Program-made: the position numbers and the translations under genes | Source: Pelagomonas calceolata | Taxonomy: Eukaryota | Length of the DNA stretch: 64,000 nt | Direction: 5' to 3' | Assembly: GCA_918797485.1 (NCBI GenBank) | Contig: CAKKNE010000002.1 | Span: forward strand, 4,216,001-4,280,000 | Shown here: piece by piece, positions 1 to 8,722 of the stretch | Layout: every line of letters starts with the position of its first letter | Numbering within the stretch: the first letter of the stretch is position 1 | The notes under the pieces: generated by a model | Databases searched by the model: none | What the model saw: only the letters and a program-made list of their open reading frames with translations | Told to the model about the DNA's origin: nothing

Positions 1-1172
1 CCATCGACCTCCTCGAGGCCGTCGAGGATGGACCCGGTCGACGGCAGCGCCTTCCTGGAAGCTTTCCGAGCTTTCTTTTCCTTCTTCCTAAATAACTTCC
101 GGGCTTCGTCTCGCGTCAGGTAGTCGTTCTGCGTCTCGAACGCGGCGGAAGACGCGTCGACGCCGCCCCAGCGGCCCGTACGTAAAGTACTGGTGTCATT
201 CGTGTCCATCTTGGCGTTCGGAGCTTTGCCCATCCTCTGAGCTAACGCAGCGATGTCCGCGCCCGACAAATGCGACTGATCCTTAGCAGACAACCCGCCA
301 CTACTACCAATCTTCAGCTTGTGGGCCTGCTTCGTCCGATCATCATATTTCGCCATCACAGAACCCCCAGCAGTAGTGCCAGTGGCATACTCGAAATCAT
401 CTGCCACGTCACCGCCCATGTGCAAGGCTTGCTCCTCCTGCAACTCGACGCGCTTCCGCCGGATCTTGTCGTCTTCGGCGCGATTGACGTTCTGGAGCGT
501 GTGCTGCGACTCCTTCTTCAAACCGACCAATTTCCCATGTTCGTTGCGCTCCAAAATGTGTTCGTCCTCCAGCGTCAGAATCATCTCGTCGCCGACTTTG
601 AGCGCTTCCGCGGAGTGGGCGGCCACATTCAAGCCCTCTAAATCGTTAGATGTATAAGCTCGCTCTTGATCCAACTGGAGTCTCCGTCTTCGTTCCGCCT
701 CCAAGGCTACGAGCTGCGGGTCCTCCTTCTGGCGCCGTTGGCGCTGGACCCACGCTTTTGCATCATCTACCTCGTCTCCTAGCGTCGATTCGGGGAGTTT
801 GGCCGAAGCTTCTCGTCTTCTCTTCGCCTTGGCTAATTCCGCTTCGATGTCCGCCAATCGTCTAGCTTCTAGTCTCTCAGCTCGAGCGAGCTCGAAGTTG
901 CGCTCGGCCTGCTCGCGAGCTTTGGCTGCGGCGCTCGACACTTCCGCGTTGAGGGGCTTTAATCCAAGTTTCGCTCTCAGCGCGTTCGTGTCGTCGACGG
1001 TCATGGAGACCTCGCCGTCGGCGCTCGTGGAGACCTTGACGCTCTCCGCTAATTTAGCGTAGTCGACGCGCTCCGGTGCTGGCGCGGCCTTGGGCGGCTC
1101 GCGGCGCGGGCGGCGGTCTCGGCTGCGCGAGCGGCTGCGCGAGCGGCTGCGCTTGCGGTCGCGGCGGCCCAT
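1..1172 (-). CDS. SART1: U4/U6.U5 tri-snRNP-associated protein 1 (SART1/Snu66), 5' part; runs off the left edge
   Basis: Own translation from ATG 1172: RS-rich MGRRDRKRSRSRS, HIND-type motif MTVDDTNALRAKLGLKPL, then YTSNDLEGLNVAAH and GDEMILTLED typical of SART-1. Absent from the ORF track because there is no stop in the window. Confidence 0.85.
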   Translation of the reverse strand, partial: MGRRDRKRSRSRSRSRSRDRRPRREPPKAAPAPERVDYAKLAESVKVSTSADGEVSMTVDDTNALRAKLGLKPLNAEVSSAAAKAREQAERNFELARAERLEARRLADIEAELAKAKRRREASAKLPESTLGDEVDDAKAWVQRQRRQKEDPQLVALEAERRRRLQLDQERAYTSNDLEGLNVAAHSAEALKVGDEMILTLEDEHILERNEHGKLVGLKKESQHTLQNVNRAEDDKIRRKRVELQEEQALHMGGDVADDFEYATGTTAGGSVMAKYDDRTKQAHKLKIGSSGGLSAKDQSHLSGADIAALAQRMGKAPNAKMDTNDTSTLRTGRWGGVDASSAAFETQNDYLTRDEARKLFRKKEKKARKASRKALPSTGSILDGLEEVD

Positions 1173-1391
1173 TGCTTGTTTCTTACGGCGTTACCGTGCG
1201 CTTCTTAACGTGCGCTTGCGCCGCGCGGCGCTCGCCTCAGGCTGGTCTGAGGGTTTTGTTGCCGGCGCTTCGGCGGCGCGCCAAAAAGCAAGCAGAGCGC
1301 GAAGCACAGCGATGAATGAGGTCTGCAGTCGTATGAGCGCTTGCCTTGCTTTCGTCGAGGCTGCGCCGCGCTTTGCTTGTGCTTGGGCTTG

Positions 1392-1413
1392 CTAGTGTCT
1401 TACAAGCCGCTAG
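1392..1413. promoter_or_regulatory. Recurrent intergenic motif CTAGTGTCTTACAAGCCGCTAG
   Basis: 28 bp (1387-1414) identical to 24036-24063; lies in a divergent intergenic region 220 bp upstream of the SART1 ATG. Confidence 0.65.
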
Positions 1414-1791
1414 CTCAACTTGCCGAGAAGTCGCACGTCGTGCCGCCGCGCCCTCGCACGAGCTCGGCGAACGAGTCGTAGCGCTACGACGTGGGCCGCT
1501 AGGGCCACGTTTTGATTGGCTCGTCCGCCTCATGAGCCTCCTTGACAGCTCGGTAAATTGAGCGGCAGCGGCTGCCGCGGAGCGACAGCGGTGCCCGACG
1601 CGTTTTGACTACGGACGCCGGCGCGGCCTTCCAGCGAGGCGGCTCCCACGACGCCGCGGCGCGTCTCCTTTTCGCTGGGGCAGCCCCCGGTCCGCGACCG
1701 CCCGCGCCCGCCGCGGGGCCGGCTCTCACCCAAAAAGAGCGCCACCCGCGCGACCAGCCTGCGCGCGCGCCCGCCCGCGCGCGCGAGGGCC

Positions 1792-2697
1792 ATGGGCGGC
1801 GGTGCGAGCACACCGGTCGCGCCCGCGCCGGGCAACCAGCGCCAGCGCCAGACGAGCGACGCGCTGAACCAGATGCCGCTGGAGGAGGTCCAGGAGGTCG
1901 TCACGGTCCGGTCCCGCTTGTCCAGGATCCGGTTGTCGTTTATAAGGCCCTCGTTGTCGCCGCCGGAGGACGGCACGGGGTTATTACCCCAAATGCGCAA
2001 GATCCTCGAGAACGACGGCGATTTGTTGGACTTCACGAACTTCCTCATGCGCGAGTTCGCCGACGAGCCGCTCCAGTTCTACGCGGCGATCGCGGACTTC
2101 ACCTCGCAGTTCGGCACTCCCACGGAGAAGAAGCGCGGCATGGTCGAGCTGCCGCGGCGCTTCACGACCGTCGAGGAGGGGCCCGATGAAGACGATACGA
2201 TTGAGGAAGTTGCTGATAGCAAGACGGAAGCCCGCCAAGCCGCGGCAAGGGAGATCTTCGACGAGTTCCTGGCGACGGACGCGCCGCGCCAGGTCCACGT
2301 CCCGGCGAAGATGCGCAAGGCCCTGAAGAAGGAGCTCGACGCTGGCTTATGCTTACCGGCCGTGTTCCGACCGGCGTTAGGTGAGGTCTTGACGGCGTTA
2401 GCAAGAGACAAGCTCGTGCCCTTCGTGACGCATCAGCGCAACGACAAGAAGATCTGGATTCGAGTCTTGCGCATTCTCGAGAGTAGTGTCGCGTCGGAGA
2501 AAAGGCAGTCGTTTCGAGGTGGAGCCCCAAAGCCGGACCCGGCGTCGCCCGGCCGCGCGCGCCAGCCGACCATGGCGACCGTGCCCAAGAAGCGCTTCGA
2601 CCACCGGCGCTTGAGCGTCGACGTGCGTATGGTGGTCGCGCGCGAGCTGGACCTCGAGGAGCTCCGGAAGAAGCACGCCGCGGCGACGAAGGCCTAG
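1792..2697 (+). CDS. RGS (regulator of G-protein signalling) domain protein
   Basis: FLMREFADEPLQFYAAIADF, AREIFDEFLATDAPRQVHV and VFRPALGEVLTALARDKLVPF match RGS helices; MGGGAS start is a possible N-myristoylation signal. Confidence 0.8.
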   Translation: MGGGASTPVAPAPGNQRQRQTSDALNQMPLEEVQEVVTVRSRLSRIRLSFIRPSLSPPEDGTGLLPQMRKILENDGDLLDFTNFLMREFADEPLQFYAAIADFTSQFGTPTEKKRGMVELPRRFTTVEEGPDEDDTIEEVADSKTEARQAAAREIFDEFLATDAPRQVHVPAKMRKALKKELDAGLCLPAVFRPALGEVLTALARDKLVPFVTHQRNDKKIWIRVLRILESSVASEKRQSFRGGAPKPDPASPGRARQPTMATVPKKRFDHRRLSVDVRMVVARELDLEELRKKHAAATKA

Positions 2698-2760
2698 CCT
2701 ATCCCTATCCCTATCCCTCCCCCTGTGCTAACGGCTCGTGTTACTTGAGTGGTCCCGACC

Positions 2761-2782
2761 CTAGCGGTCTGTAAGACACTAG
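2761..2782. promoter_or_regulatory. CTAG-N14-CTAG motif copy (CTAGCGGTCTGTAAGACACTAG)
   Basis: Reverse-orientation copy about 240 bp upstream of ATG 3023. Confidence 0.6.
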
Positions 2783-3022
2783 CAAAAGCATGTTTAAGCA
2801 GGCTCCGCGGCGAAAGCAATCCGTTACGCGTGCGAGGGCTGCCGCAGGACACAACGGCTACTTCGCGCGAGTCGACCGCACCGCGTCGTCGACGCATGCG
2901 ATCCATGGGTGCCTGAGCAGGGGCTGCCCACCGACTGCGCTGTGGGCCGCACGCCACCGCTGCGACGCGTCGACGGCTCGCCTGCGCCCGTCGGGTGACC
3001 GGGTCGTGGGCGTAAGCGGACG

Positions 3023-3886
3023 ATGCCGCGCCGCGCCCTCGTCCTCGCGGCGAGCGTGACTCTGGCAACAGCCAAGAAGCCGCTCATGCCCAAGTGCGAG
3101 GACCAGGCCGACGACATTGGGGCCAGCGTGTGCCAGGCCATGCTCGCCGTCGAGTTTTATACTTGTGAGAAGGACTTCTGTCCCACGTGCGAGGGGCCCC
3201 ATGCGGGAGTGTGCAACCTGTCGTGCGACTACTGCCCTACGTATATGCCTACAGTATCGCCGTCATCCTACACGCCTACGACGCAATTCGCTCCCTCGTA
3301 TCTACCTACGAGACGACCTACAAAACGACCAACAGCTATGGACGTGACTCCCACAAATGCACCGTCCTACGAGCCCAGCAAAGCACCTTCCTCATACCCA
3401 CCTTCTCTCCGACCGACCGGCGCCTTTCCCACGCATGCGCCAACCCAGTGCCATAACGCCGCCGATGCAGCATTAGGTGAGTTCACGTGCGCCCAATGGT
3501 TAGCCAGTGACGGCGTCGACTGTTCGTCGGTCGAGGGCGCCTGCGCCCTGAGCTGCGACGAGTGCGGTCCCACATCGCATCCGACGATGCGCTACGACAT
3601 GAACTCGCGCGGGCATCCTACCTATGCCTTCGACGGGTGGCGCTTGGAGGGCCGGACGGAGCCGCCGGCGCCATCTGGTGTTGTCGTGGTGGGCGGCGAC
3701 GCGTCCTACTTCGTGGGAGGAGCCGTCGTCCTGGGATTCCTGGTGAGTCTCTGTATCGCGTGGCGGCGGAAGTGCATTCGGGATAGGGGCTACGCGCAGT
3801 TCGGCGAGGTGCGCGAGGAGCGGGCCTACGAGATGCCCGACGCCGGGCTGGAGCTGTCGGATTTTGATGGTAGGGGGCTGACGTAA
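3023..3886 (+). CDS. Type-I membrane protein with two Cys-rich (ShKT-like) modules and a Pro/Thr/Ser-rich stalk
   Basis: Signal peptide; CNLSCDYC and CALSCDEC modules; PT repeats; TM helix YFVGGAVVLGFLVSLCIAW followed by RRK. Confidence 0.7.
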   Translation: MPRRALVLAASVTLATAKKPLMPKCEDQADDIGASVCQAMLAVEFYTCEKDFCPTCEGPHAGVCNLSCDYCPTYMPTVSPSSYTPTTQFAPSYLPTRRPTKRPTAMDVTPTNAPSYEPSKAPSSYPPSLRPTGAFPTHAPTQCHNAADAALGEFTCAQWLASDGVDCSSVEGACALSCDECGPTSHPTMRYDMNSRGHPTYAFDGWRLEGRTEPPAPSGVVVVGGDASYFVGGAVVLGFLVSLCIAWRRKCIRDRGYAQFGEVREERAYEMPDAGLELSDFDGRGLT

Positions 3887-3971
3887 GGTTCGATGGCGTA
3901 CCCGTGTGTACCCGTTGTGTAGGGAGGTCGATGTTACGGTGCTAGGACTAGTGGGCGGACCCGCTTATTTG

Positions 3972-3992
3972 CTAGCGGCTGTAAGACTCTAG
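3972..3992. promoter_or_regulatory. CTAG-N13-CTAG motif copy followed by CAAG repeats
   Basis: CTAGCGGCTGTAAGACTCTAG then CCAAGCAAGCAAG, 230 bp upstream of ATG 4222. Confidence 0.6.
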
Positions 3993-4125
3993 CCAAGCAA
4001 GCAAGCTGCGTCATTGCCCGTACACCCATTCACGAGACCTAGGGCATAATTCGAGCATCGCAGCAGTGGAAGTGTGACGACTGTTCGGTGTTTCGTAATC
4101 GCGAGCTCTTCAGACGAGCAAACAC

Positions 4126-4181
4126 GAGCTTGTAGCAAGTGCTGCAGCTGGCAGGAGCTTGTAGCAAGTGCTGCAGCTGGC
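4126..4181 (+). repeat. Tandem duplication with 29-bp period in the 5' leader
   Basis: GAGCTTGTAGCAAGTGCTGCAGCTGGC starts at 4126 and again at 4155. Confidence 0.85.
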
Positions 4182-4221
4182 CAGAGTCGCACTACGCAGC
4201 CCTACGCAGTCCGTTGCAATC

Positions 4222-5502
4222 ATGCCCGGTGCGAAGAAAGTGAGATTCGCGTCGCCACCCGTGCTGTCACCGATGTCGCACGACGAGCTCGACGACTACG
4301 AAGACTACGAGGCCGCGAAGGCGGCGGCTCGCGCGGCGTACGAAGAAGACGACGATACAGCGGAGACTGCAGCCCTGACCGCGCGCGACGAGGAACGCGG
4401 CAGCGCGGACGACGACGGCGCCGCGGCGGAGACAGCAGCAATGACCGCGCGCGACGACGACGCCGCCGCCGCGGAAACAGCACCCAAAGCTGAGCTGGGC
4501 AGCGTCGCCGCACTGATACTAATAGCGCTGAGCGCCTTTGGGTTCTCGGCGCAGGCGCTGATCGTGAAGTTTTTGACGCGCTCCGACCCCGTGCCGCCCA
4601 TGGAGATCGTCTTCTTTCGCGGCTGCTTCCAGTTCCTGGGGTGCTGCGGGTTGTTAGGTTTGTACCCGCCGATGTGCCGCGCTCCGTCAAGGTGGTTCGG
4701 CGACTCTTGGAGGGAAATGAAGTGGCTCGGGTTAAGAGGCTTGGTCGGCTTCGGCGGCATCGCCTTCTCCTTCCAGGCCGTGTCGTTGTTGGGCATAGCG
4801 GAGGTCCAGGTCGTGCAGACGTCGACGCCGGTGCTGGCTGCTATTTATGCGCGTGTATTGCTCGGAGAGCCGTGGCTCCGGCTGGAACAATGTGCGGCCG
4901 TCGTCGCGTCGATTGGCGTGGCCCTCCAGTTCGGCGGCCACCAACACCGCATCGACGGGTCGGACCACGCCGCGGGTCTCGCCTTCGCCCTCGCGGGCGC
5001 GGCCTCCGCGGGCGGCGTCTACGTCCTCGTGCGCTACCTCGGCACCGTTGTAAAAGTCGACTGGCCCATCCTGATGCTCTACCAGGCCTGCGGGCAGATG
5101 CTCCTCGCCTTCCCCGCGCACGTCGCATTGAGAGGAGGCCCTATCCGGACAGCCTTCTCGCAACGATCAGTACTGTTACTAATCGCGTGCGGCGCGATGG
5201 GATTTCTCTCGCAAATACTGATGACGCGCGGCATGCAGCGCGTCAAGAGCGCCTCTGCCTCCATCGCGCGGTTGTCGGGCCTGCCGTGGTCCTTTTTGTT
5301 CCAGGCAGTGTTCACCTCGGACCCCGTGCGCGGCCGGACCGTCGCGGGCGCCTTGATAGTAGTGGCGTCGATGGGCTTCGTCGTCCACGCGGCGCGGCTC
5401 AAGAACACTACGCCCCAGGCGAAGGTGCTGGTCGAGCTGCCGACCTACGCGAAGGTCCGAGCCGACGACGACGACGAGTACTGCGGCGACTCCGACGACT
5501 GA
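4222..5502 (+). CDS. EamA/DMT family transporter (SLC35G-like)
   Basis: About 10 hydrophobic helices in two EamA-like halves; PPMEIVFFRG, LGLRGLVG, SQILMTRGMQ. First ATG at 4222. Confidence 0.85.
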   Translation: MPGAKKVRFASPPVLSPMSHDELDDYEDYEAAKAAARAAYEEDDDTAETAALTARDEERGSADDDGAAAETAAMTARDDDAAAAETAPKAELGSVAALILIALSAFGFSAQALIVKFLTRSDPVPPMEIVFFRGCFQFLGCCGLLGLYPPMCRAPSRWFGDSWREMKWLGLRGLVGFGGIAFSFQAVSLLGIAEVQVVQTSTPVLAAIYARVLLGEPWLRLEQCAAVVASIGVALQFGGHQHRIDGSDHAAGLAFALAGAASAGGVYVLVRYLGTVVKVDWPILMLYQACGQMLLAFPAHVALRGGPIRTAFSQRSVLLLIACGAMGFLSQILMTRGMQRVKSASASIARLSGLPWSFLFQAVFTSDPVRGRTVAGALIVVASMGFVVHAARLKNTTPQAKVLVELPTYAKVRADDDDEYCGDSDD

Positions 5503-5874
5503 TATGATGATGATGATATGTTGTTGTTGTGTATAGTTAGTTTTGCTTTTGCTTTTCTTATTTGTTCCGACGTTCGCGGCGGCGCGCCGCGCGGACTGCC
5601 GTTGCGCGTAAAAGTTTGTATACATACGTCTCAGAATGCGTCCAGAGGCATTCCAGCGCGCGGATGCGTCCCCAATCCGCGCCGCGCGCGCCCGCACGAG
5701 CACAAGCAAGTGATGCCACTCTGAGCTGCCAAGCTCGCCGGCGCATCGCTTGCGCCAATCTCCGTTGGCATTCCTTGTTTGTTATTTATTGCGCTGTTGC
5801 ACTTGCGCAACGGTTACGCTGTCGCCGCGTGCGTGCAAAGTCACTCAGCAGCACACTGCAGCAGCAGCATAAGC

Positions 5875-6987
5875 ATGCCAGCCATGCGCCGCGCCCGCCG
5901 CTGGACCGTCGCCGCAGCGATGTTCATCACATGCACCACGGGCCTGCAAGCACCCGCAATCAGACAAGCGCCGCGCACCCTACGCCACGCCACGCTCGAC
6001 AGCACCGTCCTGAGCTGCGGCGCGAGTCGGCCCAAAACGGCCCTGAGCAACGTCGAAATCTCGGAGTTCGTGGACACGAGCGACGAGTGGATCTCTCAAA
6101 GAACTGGAATAAGATCTAGGAGAGTCCTTCAACCCGGTGAGTCCATCGCGGACCACGCCGCGTCGGCCGCGCAGAAAGCCCTGGACCGCTCCGGCCTCGA
6201 CCCGGCGGACATCGGTCTGGTCATCGTCGCCACGTCGACGCCGGAAGACTTATTTGGAGACGCGGCGAACGTCGCGGACCAGTGCGGCTGCAAGAACGCC
6301 GTCGGTTTCGACATTACGGCCGCGTGTTCTGGGTTTTTATTTGCGTTAGTCACAGCTTCACAATTCCTGGAATCAGGCACCTACGACGCGGCGTTGGTGG
6401 TCGGCGCCGACGCCATGTCGCGGTGGGTCGACTGGGGCGATAGAAACACGTGCATTTTGTTTGGAGATGGGGCCGGGGCCGTCGCGATCAAGAAAGGTGG
6501 TGCTGGACTACTGGGTTTCTCCATGGGGTCGAACGGTGCGGGTCGCGAGAAATTAGCGTTACCGTACAACGGGAACCGGCTGCCATTGATCGGTGGGAAA
6601 TCTGCTACTGTGGTCGGCCCTCGCGCGATGTTGATGGAGGGCCGGAGCGTCTACGTGTTTGCGGCGACGACGGTGCCTCGCGTTTTGAGAGAAGCTCTAG
6701 AAGATGCTCACTTGACAGTAGACGATGTGGATTGGTTTTTACTTCATCAAGCGAACGAGCGCATCCTCGAGGCCGTGGCCGACCGGATAGGTGTACCGAA
6801 GGACAAGTTCATCATCAACATGGACGAGAACGGCAATACGAGCGCCGCGTCCATCCCCCTTGCCTTGGATTTCGCCGTGAAGAGCGGGAGCGTGAAAAAG
6901 GGCGACGTGCTCGCGTGCGCCGGGTTCGGCGCGGGCCTGTCCTGGGGCGCGGCCATCTTCCGGTGGGAGGGCGAACTATTGCAGTGA
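5875..6987 (+). CDS. fabH: 3-oxoacyl-ACP synthase III (KAS III), probably plastid-targeted
   Basis: DTSDEWISQRTGI, AACSGF (Cys), LFGDGAGA, HQAN (His), GNTSAASIP (Asn), GFGAGLSWG; N-terminal presequence. Exact start uncertain. Confidence 0.95.
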   Translation: MPAMRRARRWTVAAAMFITCTTGLQAPAIRQAPRTLRHATLDSTVLSCGASRPKTALSNVEISEFVDTSDEWISQRTGIRSRRVLQPGESIADHAASAAQKALDRSGLDPADIGLVIVATSTPEDLFGDAANVADQCGCKNAVGFDITAACSGFLFALVTASQFLESGTYDAALVVGADAMSRWVDWGDRNTCILFGDGAGAVAIKKGGAGLLGFSMGSNGAGREKLALPYNGNRLPLIGGKSATVVGPRAMLMEGRSVYVFAATTVPRVLREALEDAHLTVDDVDWFLLHQANERILEAVADRIGVPKDKFIINMDENGNTSAASIPLALDFAVKSGSVKKGDVLACAGFGAGLSWGAAIFRWEGELLQ

Positions 6988-7270
6988 GTATCGGGGCTTG
7001 AGCTCGCCGAGGCCAGAAGTTGGCGGGCATTCGCGTCGATCGTGTGTCGTTTATACCAAGTCATTAAGTCGTAGTACATCAGCATTCTTGCTTCGCACCT
7101 CGGTAACATACTGCCGATGACGGGATATGTTCCCGCGTCGCGTCGATGGCGTGCGGGTCGGTCTCGATTCGCCGCGCTGTGGGCCGCGCTGTGCAGAGCG
7201 CCACGACGTGCGCGCGTGTGCTTGTGCTAGGGACGTGCGCAGCACTGCACAAAGTTGGAGGCAGCCCGAG

Positions 7271-8305
7271 ATGGCACAAGTTGAGCCCGCAGAGGCTGCC
7301 CAACCAGAGACCATTGCATTCGCGCCAGACACGACGACGCGCCAGAAAAAAGGCGTCCACAAACCAATCATTGCTCCATTCCTGTCGAAGCCACCGGAGG
7401 ACACGCAGCGGCCAGCACGGGTGCACTTATTTGTCAATCCGTTTTCCGGACGACGCCGCCGCGGCGCGACGGTCGCCGCCGAGGCGACGCGGCTGCTACA
7501 AGCTGAGGGTATCCAAGTGGTTGAGTACCGGTCCGAACGCGCGGGGCACTTCCTCACGCTCTCGGCCGGAGCGGAGGTCGCAGACGACGAAGCCATCGCT
7601 GTAGTCGGCGGCGACGGGAGCGTCTGCGAGGTGATCACGGGGCGGCTGAGGCACCGCAAGACGCTGCCGCGCGTCGCGATCATTCCCTGCGGCACCGGGA
7701 ACTGTCAAGCCATGGAGCTCGGGATCACATCTGTTGAAGGCGCCGTGGAGAGGATCCTGGCGGGCCGCGTACGTAAAATCGATCTGGCCGAGGTGCGCGT
7801 TTGCGACGACGGCCTGTGGTATAGCCACAACCTGGTGACGTGGGGCCTCGGCGTCGACTCGACGGTTTTGGCGGAGAAGATGCGCTGTCTGGGCCCGGTC
7901 CGCTACGACCTCGGTATCGTGGCAACGATCCTCGCCAACCGACGGCGGCCGGCCACGCTCACCCTCGACGGCAAAACGCTGACGGGCGACTACACGCTCT
8001 TCCTGATCCAGAACACGCAGACCGGCGGAAGCAACTTGTTGCTGGCTCCTGGGGCCACGGCGGACGACGGCTGCATGGATATTGGTGTCTTGCGACGCAT
8101 GTGTCGGCGGAGCCTCATCAGGGCGTTCGGCATGCTGAAAAGCGAGGGCCGGCACGTGTTCCATCCTCGCGTCGCGTACCACCGATTTAAGTCGCTGGCG
8201 CTTGAGACGCCCGTTCCCATGAAGATCAACGTCGACGGGGAGATCGTGGGTACGACGCCGCTGGACATGTCTGTGATGCCGGGGGCGCTGGCGGTCTTTG
8301 CGTAA
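7271..8305 (+). CDS. Diacylglycerol/sphingosine kinase family lipid kinase
   Basis: VNPFSG, VGGDGSVCEV, IIPCGTGN, DDGCMDI, NVDGE. Confidence 0.9.
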   Translation: MAQVEPAEAAQPETIAFAPDTTTRQKKGVHKPIIAPFLSKPPEDTQRPARVHLFVNPFSGRRRRGATVAAEATRLLQAEGIQVVEYRSERAGHFLTLSAGAEVADDEAIAVVGGDGSVCEVITGRLRHRKTLPRVAIIPCGTGNCQAMELGITSVEGAVERILAGRVRKIDLAEVRVCDDGLWYSHNLVTWGLGVDSTVLAEKMRCLGPVRYDLGIVATILANRRRPATLTLDGKTLTGDYTLFLIQNTQTGGSNLLLAPGATADDGCMDIGVLRRMCRRSLIRAFGMLKSEGRHVFHPRVAYHRFKSLALETPVPMKINVDGEIVGTTPLDMSVMPGALAVFA

Positions 8306-8569
8306 ATTTTGTATGTGTAATAAGCGTCACGAAGAGCTGTGCTGGCTAGTAGCTTGCAAGCTACTAGGCACAGCGCTGCCGAGCCGACGCGTTCCCATGA
8401 AGATCAACGTCGACGGGGAGATCGTGGGTACGACGCCGCTGGACATGTCTGTGATGCCGGGGGCGCTGGCGGTCTTTGCGTAAATTTTGTATGTGTAATA
8501 AGCGTCACGAAGAGCTGTGCTGGCTAGTAGCTTGCAAGCTACTAGGCACAGCGCTGCCGAGCCGACGCG
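8212..8569 (+). repeat. Perfect 178-bp tandem duplication (last 31 codons and stop of the lipid kinase, 3' flank, 22-bp palindrome)
   Basis: 8212-8391 matches 8390-8569; stops at 8303-8305 and 8481-8483; palindrome CTAGTAGCTTGCAAGCTACTAG at 8346-8367 and 8524-8545. Confidence 0.95.
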
Positions 8570-8722
8570 ACGCTCTCCGTGCCGCGCGACGAGGCAGCAG
8601 CGGTGCACCAGCTCCGCGGAGCCATCGGAGATAGCGTGTTGTTTCACGTGCTGCAACGCGTCGGTGGCCGCGACGCGGCCGGCTGCTCTCCAATCAAGGC
8701 TGCCCCAGAGGACGCAGCGCTG

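Noticed and set aside
1392..1413. CTAG motifs as Helitron 3' ends
   Set aside because: No GC hairpin at the expected spacing, no shared internal sequence or RepHel gene; placement tracks start codons instead.
2696..2720. CCCTAT repeats resembling telomeric sequence
   Set aside because: About three units in a 3' flank; a simple microsatellite.
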